In this document: one piece after another, positions 51,481-59,293 of the stretch | Position numbering within the stretch: position 1 is the stretch's first letter | Layout of the letters: each line of letters begins with the position of its first letter | Source: an uncultured Lachnospira sp. | Lineage (GTDB): Bacteria > Bacillota > Clostridia > Lachnospirales > Lachnospiraceae | Reading direction: 5' to 3' | NCBI GenBank assembly: GCA_910589305.1 | Contig: CAJUTV010000004.1 | Location: forward strand, 136,299 to 200,298 | DNA: 64,000 nt | Position numbers and translations under genes: made by a program | The notes under the pieces: generated by a model | The model's input: only the letters and a program-made list of their open reading frames with translations | Told to the model about the DNA's origin: nothing | Database searches by the model: none

Positions 51481-53082
51481 ATGAGGCTTTTATTTCTTGG
51501 AGCAGACCATGAGGTGACAGGAAGTTGTCATTATTTACGTGTGTGTGGAAAACATATTTTAATTGACTGTGGTATGGAACAAGGAAATGATGTGTATGAA
51601 AATCAGGAATTGCCAATACCATCGTCAGAGATTGATTTTGTATTTCTTACACATGCGCATATTGACCATTCAGGATTGATTCCATTATTGTATACGAAAG
51701 GATTTCGTGGTAAAGTTTATTGTACCAAACCAACAAAAGATTTGTGTGAAATTATGTTAAAAGACAGCGCACATATTCAAATGTTTGAGGCAGAATGGCG
51801 AAATCGTAAAGCGAAGCGTTCTAATGGAAGTTTAGAGCAATTTATTCCATTATATGATATGGATGCCGCAGTCAATGTTATGAATCATTTTGTTGGCTGC
51901 CCTTATGACAGTGTGTTAGATATCAGTGAGGGAATAAGAATAAGATTTACTGATGCAGGGCATTTATTAGGTTCTGCCAGTATTGAAGTATGGGCAGAAG
52001 AGGAAGAAAAGTCAAGCAAAATTGTGTTTTCTGGCGATATTGGCAATATTAATAAGCCCATTATCAAAGACCCTCAATATATCAAAGAAGCCGATTATGT
52101 GGTTATGGAATCAACATATGGAACCAGACAGCATGGAGGCACGCCAGATTATGTAAAGGAACTTGCAGCGATTTTTGACCGAACTTTTAAGCGGGGAGGA
52201 AATGTTGTTATACCATCGTTTGCGGTGGGAAGAACACAGGAATTATTATATTTTATCCGAAAAATAAAAGAAGATAAGAGAATAGACCGAGATTTTGATG
52301 TATATCTTGACAGTCCATTAGCGATTGAATCAACCAATATTTTTAATAAAAATATATTTGAATGTTTTGATGAAGATGCAATGAAGCTTATTAATGAAGG
52401 TATCAATCCGCTTACATTTCCGGGACTTCGATTGGCAACGACAGGGGAAGCCTCAAAACAGATTAATTTTGATAATAATCCAAAAGTTATTATATCAGCA
52501 TCAGGAATGTGCGAGGCTGGCAGAATAAGGCATCATTTAAAACATAATTTATGGAGAAAAGAATGTACAATACTATTTGTGGGGTATCAAGCAAATGGTA
52601 CAACAGGAAGGGCAATTTTAGAAGGAGCTTCTGAGATTAAACTGTTTGGGGAGCCCATACAAGTAAGCGCCGAGATTGCCCAGCTTGCAGGTGCGAGCGG
52701 TCATGCAGATAAAGATGGTTTAATTCGATGGATAGAGGCGTTTGAAGAAAAGCCAAAAAAGGTCTTTGTGGTGCATGGGGAAGACTCTGTATGCGATGAG
52801 TTTACACAGTGTCTGATTAAAGAACATGGATTTGATGCGGTTGCACCATATACAGGGGCTGTATATGATTTTACAGAAGAGCGATTTATTGTAGAAGGAA
52901 ATAAGGAAAAGAAAACGAGAAGAACGGTTGCAGGCAAGCGAAATAAAGGTGTATTTGCAAGGCTGTATGCGGCAGGTCAGCGCCTGTTGACGGTTATTAA
53001 ACATAACGAGGGTGGAGCAAATAAAGATTTAGCAAAATTTGCCGACCAGATTAATGCGTTGTGTGATAAATGGGATCGATAA
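51481..53082 (+). CDS. MBL-fold beta-CASP metallo-hydrolase (RNA-processing type)
   Basis: THAHIDHSG, AGHLLG, SGD, MESTYG, FAVGRTQE, SGHAD, VHGE. Confidence 0.92.
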   Translation: MRLLFLGADHEVTGSCHYLRVCGKHILIDCGMEQGNDVYENQELPIPSSEIDFVFLTHAHIDHSGLIPLLYTKGFRGKVYCTKPTKDLCEIMLKDSAHIQMFEAEWRNRKAKRSNGSLEQFIPLYDMDAAVNVMNHFVGCPYDSVLDISEGIRIRFTDAGHLLGSASIEVWAEEEEKSSKIVFSGDIGNINKPIIKDPQYIKEADYVVMESTYGTRQHGGTPDYVKELAAIFDRTFKRGGNVVIPSFAVGRTQELLYFIRKIKEDKRIDRDFDVYLDSPLAIESTNIFNKNIFECFDEDAMKLINEGINPLTFPGLRLATTGEASKQINFDNNPKVIISASGMCEAGRIRHHLKHNLWRKECTILFVGYQANGTTGRAILEGASEIKLFGEPIQVSAEIAQLAGASGHADKDGLIRWIEAFEEKPKKVFVVHGEDSVCDEFTQCLIKEHGFDAVAPYTGAVYDFTEERFIVEGNKEKKTRRTVAGKRNKGVFARLYAAGQRLLTVIKHNEGGANKDLAKFADQINALCDKWDR

Positions 53083-53097
53083 TTTTGGAGGAAAAAT

Positions 53098-54027
53098 ATG
53101 AAGAAGTTACTGTTTGTGTTTAATCCTCATTCAGGAAAGGCACAGATAAAGAATAAGTTGTCATCAATTGTTCAAATATTTTGTGAGGCAGAATATGAAC
53201 TTACCATATATTCAACAAGAGCTTCAAAAGATGGCTACCAATATATATTAAACAATGGTGATAAATATGATATGATTGTATGCAGCGGTGGTGACGGCAC
53301 GCTAAATGAGACCGTAGGGGCAGTGATGAAATTTGATAAAAGAATACCTATCGGTTATATTCCAAGCGGAAGTACAAATGATTTTGCCACAACACTTCAT
53401 ATTCCTAAAAATATGATAAAGGCAGCGGCGGCTATTACAGATGGAATAAAGTTTAGCTGTGATATAGGACTTATGAATGGAGAGCGAAATTTTAATTATA
53501 TTGCTGCATTTGGAGCATTTACAAAAGTGTCTTATGAAACGTCACAACAATTAAAGAATATGTTAGGACATCAGGCTTATATTATAGAAGGTGTTAAAAG
53601 TTTAACAAGCTTGAAACCGCAGTATGTTAAAGTAAAAAGTGATGATATTATTATTGAAGGTAATTTTATATATGGCATGGTAAGCAATACAGAATCAGTA
53701 GCTGGCGTTAAGGGAATTACTGGGTTTGGAATTGATTTGCAGGACGGATTGTTTGAGGTATTGCTTGTAAGGGAATTAAAAGGACCGTTAGATATACAAA
53801 GGCTTATCAATACAATTATTACACAAAAGTATGAAGAAGATGGTCTGGTCTGTTATTTTAAAGCAAAACATATTGAATTTGAGAGTGGCATTGATATTAG
53901 TTGGACTTTAGATGGTGAATTTGGAGGCGATTATAAAAGTGCTTATTTTGATGTTATAGAAGGCGCCGTTGACTTTATCGTTCCAAACCAAGATACTGCT
54001 GAGGGCAAAGCAAAGAGCAAAGAATAG
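53098..54027 (+). CDS. Diacylglycerol kinase family (YegS/DagK) lipid kinase
   Basis: NPHSG, GGDGT, IPSGSTNDFA, LDGE. Confidence 0.92.
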   Translation: MKKLLFVFNPHSGKAQIKNKLSSIVQIFCEAEYELTIYSTRASKDGYQYILNNGDKYDMIVCSGGDGTLNETVGAVMKFDKRIPIGYIPSGSTNDFATTLHIPKNMIKAAAAITDGIKFSCDIGLMNGERNFNYIAAFGAFTKVSYETSQQLKNMLGHQAYIIEGVKSLTSLKPQYVKVKSDDIIIEGNFIYGMVSNTESVAGVKGITGFGIDLQDGLFEVLLVRELKGPLDIQRLINTIITQKYEEDGLVCYFKAKHIEFESGIDISWTLDGEFGGDYKSAYFDVIEGAVDFIVPNQDTAEGKAKSKE

Positions 54028-54055
54028 TAAAAGGCAGGTAAAAAAATTAATATTT

Positions 54056-56308
54056 ATGAAATGTATCATCTTAGCTGGAGGTTTTGGAGATTGCTTGTGG
54101 CCATTGTCAAGAAAAAATTATCCAAAGCAATTTATGAATATACATGAGGGACATTCTCTGCTTCAAGACACGATTGTGCGCAATATGTCCTTTTGTGATG
54201 AGTTTATTATTGTGACAAATGAAGCTTATTCTAATATTATGACAGCGCAGTTAAAGCCTTTTCAAAGCTTGAAGTATCGTGTGATTTATGAGTCTTTGCA
54301 AGGCGGAACATTAGCTGCTGTAATGCTTGCAAGTATACTGTGCAATCAATCTGAAATTTTATTAGTAACGGTTTGTGATATTGTAACAGATGGTGAGGGG
54401 TACAAAGATACGGTGCTTCAGGCAAAAGAACTTGCAAGACAAGGAAAGATTGGCAATTTTGTCAATAAAGATACAAAAGAACCTTCAGGCATGTTTATCT
54501 GTATGAATGGTATTTTTTCTAATGCAGTTAAAAAAGTTGAAAATGATGTATATATGATTTGCCGTCAAGCAGCAAGAAAGCTAAAGACAACAAATCGTTA
54601 TTTACATGTTCCTATAAGGGTGATGGAACAGCTTACAAAGGTTGGTATTCAACACAATTTATTTTCCAAAATCGATTTTGTTGTTCCTGTAAAAATGGAT
54701 TTTGAATGGCATGATGTAGATACAGTGTTAGATATGTGTAAAGTTGTGCCAAAAGACAGCAGTTTGCGAAAAAATTGTATTCGATATCACTGTGAAGATG
54801 TTTGTATTTTAAATGAATCTAATAAAAAATTAATTGTTTCTAATGATGTCTGCAATTTATCCATTATTAGTACAGAAGATGTTACCTATGTTACAGCAAA
54901 TGATGCTATGGAACATATTAAAGATATTATGTCCGATTCAGGAGAACAATATCAAGGGTATTATGACAATGGCAGAATATCATATAGGTTGTGGGGAACA
55001 CATGAAATTCTTAATTTATCAGAACACTACAAAGTAAAAAAAGTGACTATTTTTCCGGGCAGGAGTATGCGTACACATAAACATGTGCATCGGTTAGAAC
55101 AGTGGTCTGTTGTAAAAGGAACGGCAACGATAACGATTGATGGTGTTTGTAAAGATTATTCAAGGTCAGATAATGTCTGTGTGTCAATGGGGACACTTCA
55201 TCGCGTGGAAAATCGTACAGATTCAGATGTTGTTATTATAGAAACAGGAATGGGTGACATTTTATCAGAAACGGATATATATAGTACAAGCGATATTGGT
55301 TCAACCAGTGAAACATTTGTACAAAATAAACCCGTTGTTCCTGATATTGTGCCGTTATTGCCAGCATTTAAGGATAATTTATGGGGAGGCACAAAGCTTC
55401 GCGATGTGTTTGGCAAGCAATGTGATTATGAAGTTATAGGGGAAAGCTGGGAATTGTCAGCGCATCCAGATGGACAGTCTATAGTGGCTGATGGCAAGTA
55501 TGAGGGGTTGTATTTTGGCGAATTTTTAGACCTTATTGGAAAAAATGTGATGGGGTGGAAATGTGATTCATTAGACCGATTTCCTATACTTATTAAATTT
55601 ATTGATGCAAGACAAGATTTATCGATTCAAATTCACCCAGACGATGAGTATGCTCTTGAGAATGAGAACGAATTTGGAAAAAATGAGATGTGGTATATTG
55701 TGGACTGTGAACCAGAGTCTTATATATATTGCGGGCTTTCGCATAGTATATCAAAAGAAGAGATACGAAAACGCATTGAGAACAATACAATAACCGATGT
55801 GTTAAATAAAGTTTTAGTGCAGAAAGGAGATTGTGTGATGGTGCAGGCAGGAACCATCCATGCAATTGGCGCAGGAATTTTAATATGCGAAATTCAGCAA
55901 AATTCAAATTGTACATATCGTATGTATGACTATGACAGAAAAGATAAGTTTGGCAATAGCAGAGAACTGCATGTTGAAAAAGCACTTGATGTAGTTGATG
56001 TACATACTTATACTATAGAAAAACAAAAAGAGATTCAAACAATAGGGGATAAGGGAAGTACATGCAGACAGCTTGTGTCCTGCAAATATTTTGTCTGTTA
56101 TCAGTATTGCATTGTGGACAAGGTTCAAATTCTGGTTGATGAATCTTCGTTTATATCCGTTATTATTATTGATGGAACAGGTGAACTTTATATTGATGGA
56201 AGCGACAGCCGATGTGGATATAAGGCAGGAGATAGTTTTTTTGTCACGGCAGGGCATAAAACCGTTGTGATTGCAGGAAAGTGTGAGTGCATTGTGACAA
56301 GAGTTTAG
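54056..56308 (+). CDS. Fusion of mannose-1-phosphate guanylyltransferase-like, cupin and type I phosphomannose isomerase domains
   Basis: ILAGG..LWPLSRKNYPKQF; HKHVHR cupin; LWGG, GESWE, LSIQIHPDD, GKNEMW, GTIHAI, EIQQNS. Confidence 0.85.
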   Translation: MKCIILAGGFGDCLWPLSRKNYPKQFMNIHEGHSLLQDTIVRNMSFCDEFIIVTNEAYSNIMTAQLKPFQSLKYRVIYESLQGGTLAAVMLASILCNQSEILLVTVCDIVTDGEGYKDTVLQAKELARQGKIGNFVNKDTKEPSGMFICMNGIFSNAVKKVENDVYMICRQAARKLKTTNRYLHVPIRVMEQLTKVGIQHNLFSKIDFVVPVKMDFEWHDVDTVLDMCKVVPKDSSLRKNCIRYHCEDVCILNESNKKLIVSNDVCNLSIISTEDVTYVTANDAMEHIKDIMSDSGEQYQGYYDNGRISYRLWGTHEILNLSEHYKVKKVTIFPGRSMRTHKHVHRLEQWSVVKGTATITIDGVCKDYSRSDNVCVSMGTLHRVENRTDSDVVIIETGMGDILSETDIYSTSDIGSTSETFVQNKPVVPDIVPLLPAFKDNLWGGTKLRDVFGKQCDYEVIGESWELSAHPDGQSIVADGKYEGLYFGEFLDLIGKNVMGWKCDSLDRFPILIKFIDARQDLSIQIHPDDEYALENENEFGKNEMWYIVDCEPESYIYCGLSHSISKEEIRKRIENNTITDVLNKVLVQKGDCVMVQAGTIHAIGAGILICEIQQNSNCTYRMYDYDRKDKFGNSRELHVEKALDVVDVHTYTIEKQKEIQTIGDKGSTCRQLVSCKYFVCYQYCIVDKVQILVDESSFISVIIIDGTGELYIDGSDSRCGYKAGDSFFVTAGHKTVVIAGKCECIVTRV

Positions 56309-56361
56309 ATAAAAAAAGAAACATAAACCACTATTTGCATAATAAAGAACATAAATTAAAT

Positions 56362-57174
56362 TTAGAAGGTTTTTAAGAATTTTTTAAACTTTTTGGAAAA
56401 TTGGATATTGGTATATGTTTCCATATATTTTGTAGGGTTTATATCCTCTAAATAATTTTTTTCATAATGAATGGTTGTTTTATTTTGCAATGCATCGATT
56501 GCTTTGTTGTAAGCAATGGCAGCAGTAATTTCATTATGGTAGTCGCCAACAATGTAATTGCCATGAATATGTATAATTGTGCGATATGTAATAAATCCGT
56601 TTTTGTTTTGCTTTTTAACACCACGATAGCGGTTGACAACAACAACATTTTCATAGCGATAATCGTTTTCATCATTATTTCTGAATATATAATCACATCC
56701 TTTGACAGAATGGCGATGTATGCCATATCGTGATAAAATGCTTATTTGCATACCAAAATCATTTACATAATAATAACCGCCTCTGCGAATAATTTTGTGT
56801 GTTGAATAGTAAAATAAATCGTCGGTATTAAATGTTAATATAGTGGTTGTATCCAAAAAATATAAAAAATATTTTTTACAAAGATAGATAGGTGTCTTTA
56901 TATAGATATTATTGTCTCTATAATTAATAAGACAGATATATTTGTCAAAGGAAATATGAAATTGTTTTTTGTCATATGAGGTAAGCTGTAAGTTAATGTT
57001 AATCCAGTGATTTGTACAATCCGAGACAATACTGCAAGCTTCCTTATATACGAGTGAGGCTTTTTGTATGTCATTAAAACTGCCAAGACTGATATGTTTA
57101 TTTTTAAAAGTAAAAGAAACCCGATAATAGGTTGTTCCATCTTTTTTTGTTGTTATGTAAACACCTGTTGGCAT
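56362..57174 (-). CDS. Hypothetical protein with two AP2-like domains and an HNH-like segment
   Basis: GVY..YYRV..KHISLGSF..A..Y and YRGV..YR..VGDY..EITAAIAYNKA; DYIFRNNDENDYRYENV. Confidence 0.6.
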   Translation of the reverse strand: MPTGVYITTKKDGTTYYRVSFTFKNKHISLGSFNDIQKASLVYKEACSIVSDCTNHWININLQLTSYDKKQFHISFDKYICLINYRDNNIYIKTPIYLCKKYFLYFLDTTTILTFNTDDLFYYSTHKIIRRGGYYYVNDFGMQISILSRYGIHRHSVKGCDYIFRNNDENDYRYENVVVVNRYRGVKKQNKNGFITYRTIIHIHGNYIVGDYHNEITAAIAYNKAIDALQNKTTIHYEKNYLEDINPTKYMETYTNIQFSKKFKKFLKTF

Positions 57175-57207
57175 CGTTATTAAGCCCCTTTCTTGCAAAT
57201 TTTAGTA

Positions 57208-57275
57208 GTTAAGCGGATAGTTACAATCCGCTTTGTTATTTATTTATAACTTTATTGTCGCTTTATAGTATCGCT
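57208..57275 (-). repeat. Decayed 3' half of TTAAC element
   Basis: Reverse complement ..aaagcggattgtaactatccgcttaac. Confidence 0.6.
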
Positions 57276-57303
57276 TAAAAAATAAAAATTTTTTTAAATA
57301 AAA

Positions 57304-58185
57304 TTAAAATGTATTTCTGTAATCTCTGGCAATTTGAAATAATTGTCGTATGTATTCATTATTGTCTGGATTATCTGTACAGATATGTTCGTCAATTTCT
57401 TGCAATAGATGAATATATTTCTTTAACAGCATGGATATTGCTGTTCCATTAGAAGCACAGATTTGTTCCCACATCTCTGGAGACGAGGCAGCAATGCGCG
57501 TGGTATCTTTAAATCCGCCAGCCGCCAACATGTGCATATGGTTGTCTGCATCATCATTTTCACATACCATTTTAGATAGAGCTGCTGATATAAGATGAGG
57601 AAGGTGGCTTACAGAAGCAACACAGTAATCATGTTGTTTGTAATCCATAATAATTGCATTGCATTGCATTTGCTCAACAAGCATTTTATAAGCAATGAGT
57701 TTGTTTTTATCAGTATTGTCAAAAGGTGTTATCACATAAGCTGCCCCTTTTAATATAGAGGCGTCAGCATGTTGATAACCGCTTTTTTCAGAACCTGCCA
57801 TCGGGTGACCGCCAATAAAATGCTGCCTTAAGCCACAATCAATAGCGGCTTCATGGATAATTGTTTTTACACTGCCAACATCTGTTATGATACAATCATT
57901 TTTGATAATATTTTTTAGTTTAGAAAAATAGGACGTAATAGTGACTACAGGTGTACATAAAAAAATGTAATCACATTGATTAAAATGGTGGTCGAGAGTT
58001 GGAATGATTTTATCAATAGTGCCATCGTTTAACGCTTCATTTAATGGTGCAAGCGTTCGGCTTGTAGCAATGATTTGATATTCAGGATGCACGTTTTTCA
58101 GTGCTTTGGCTATAGAACCTGCAATAAGTCCAAACCCAATAAATCCTATGGTAAGTTTGCGGTTAAAAAAATCTGGTGAATCCAT
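57304..58185 (-). CDS. tyrA: Prephenate dehydrogenase
   Basis: GFGLIAGS, TDVGSVK, GGHPMAGSEKSG, HD, SHLPH, GGFKDTTRIA. Confidence 0.93.
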   Translation of the reverse strand: MDSPDFFNRKLTIGFIGFGLIAGSIAKALKNVHPEYQIIATSRTLAPLNEALNDGTIDKIIPTLDHHFNQCDYIFLCTPVVTITSYFSKLKNIIKNDCIITDVGSVKTIIHEAAIDCGLRQHFIGGHPMAGSEKSGYQHADASILKGAAYVITPFDNTDKNKLIAYKMLVEQMQCNAIIMDYKQHDYCVASVSHLPHLISAALSKMVCENDDADNHMHMLAAGGFKDTTRIAASSPEMWEQICASNGTAISMLLKKYIHLLQEIDEHICTDNPDNNEYIRQLFQIARDYRNTF

Positions 58186-58231
58186 GTCTGGCTCCATTCT
58201 GTTAAATTTATTTGTATATGATTGGTTTGTT

Positions 58232-58373
58232 TTATTCCTGCAAGAAATGAGCAAATACCGTGCTTATATGAGCATTTGGCGAATGTCATAAGGGTCGAAT
58301 ACCTCATGACTTACGTATAACAAGATTCATGCTCTGTGGCTTGTTATGGGCATTTGACTGATGAAAGGAATAA
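58232..58373. other. Multi-hairpin structured element in tyrA leader (MITE-like or ncRNA)
   Basis: Terminal ttattcct/aggaataa, inner caaatacc/ggcatttg and three enclosed hairpins. Confidence 0.5.
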
Positions 58374-58401
58374 TATCATTTTGCTATGTAAACTTAAAAT
58401 A

Positions 58402-58430
58402 AGTATATCAAAATCTTGGGGTGCTTGCAA
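58402..58430 (-). promoter_or_regulatory. Sigma-A promoter for tyrA
   Basis: Minus strand TTGCAA-17 bp-TATACT with extended TG. Confidence 0.6.
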
Positions 58431-58528
58431 GGTGTGGGATAAAACAATGGTGTAGATAGGTTTAAACTGCAAGAGGTGAAATTTAGATAGAGTATAGATT
58501 GTGATTGAATAAAAGTTATAGAAAAAAG

Positions 58529-58557
58529 TTGAAACTCTTATTTAATAATGATAGAAT
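58529..58557 (+). promoter_or_regulatory. Promoter of type I toxin mRNA
   Basis: TTGAAA-17 bp-TAGAAT with extended TG. Confidence 0.65.
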
Positions 58558-58674
58558 AATTTTAGGTACTACTAAGATGGTAGGCGGTTAGCCCTCTTTG
58601 GAGGGAATGTGACCCTCCGTTTACATAGAAAACTGTAAAGGAATCTTTAATTTCTTGAAAGGAGGGCTGAGCCA

Positions 58675-58773
58675 ATGGATATTTTAGGATTTATGGCAGT
58701 GTTAAGTTTTGGCTTAACTTGCTTTGGAATAGGATATTCTATCGGTAAAGATAGTAATAAAACACAAAAATAA
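58675..58773 (+). CDS. Putative type I TA toxin, 32-aa hydrophobic peptide
   Basis: MDILGFMAVLSFGLTCFGIGYSIGKDSNKTQK; AAAGGAGG RBS; one TM helix plus Lys-containing tail. Confidence 0.75.
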   Translation: MDILGFMAVLSFGLTCFGIGYSIGKDSNKTQK

Positions 58774-58881
58774 CCGCCCTCGGCTAAAGGATGCGGTTAT
58801 TTTTGTCATTTAATTAACCGGGCTAACCGTCTATCAGTAGTCCTTAAAGGGTGTCTGCTAGTAGCAGATACCCTTTTTTCT
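58765..58881 (-). ncRNA. Putative antisense antitoxin RNA
   Basis: Minus-strand promoter TTGCAT(58916-58911)-17 bp-TACAAT(58893-58888); ends at hairpin aaaaataaccgc/gcggttattttt. Confidence 0.65.
58846..58879 (+). terminator. Terminator of toxin mRNA
   Basis: aaagggtgtctgct-agt-agcagataccc-tttttt. Confidence 0.8.
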
Positions 58882-59121
58882 ATTGATATTGTAACATATG
58901 CAATTTTTATATGCAATATTCTTTTTTAAGTTTTCGTATTTTTTATCTTAAATAAAAAAATACGGAAACTGTTTATTATAATTAAATTATCACAAATAAT
59001 CAAACTATTTTTAATAAAGATTGCCAAGAGCGTTCTCCAGCTATGATGAAGGTATTTAAGAGTACTGTTATTCAAAGAAATTGTAATAAAAAAGCATAAT
59101 ATTAGTATTTGTTCTAGTTAT

Positions 59122-59188
59122 CACTTCAATGCCACAAAAGCATAAGTGGTGGGTGGGACTTGCTTGTTTTAGTGGGAAATACAAGTCC
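59122..59188 (+). repeat. Internal fragment of TTAAC element
   Basis: cacttcaatgccacaaaagcataagtggtgggtgggacttgcttgttttagtggga. Confidence 0.75.
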
Positions 59189-59293
59189 GTTTTGCAATAT
59201 AGTACCTTTTGAATATTATGAAGAAAAAATTGACAAATGGCTTGTCTGTGCTAAAATAGAACCATTATAGTCGTAATATGGAGGATTTTTGAT

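Noticed and set aside
59020..59100. Coding-like patch upstream of leuS
   Set aside because: Too short, with no RBS or recognisable homology
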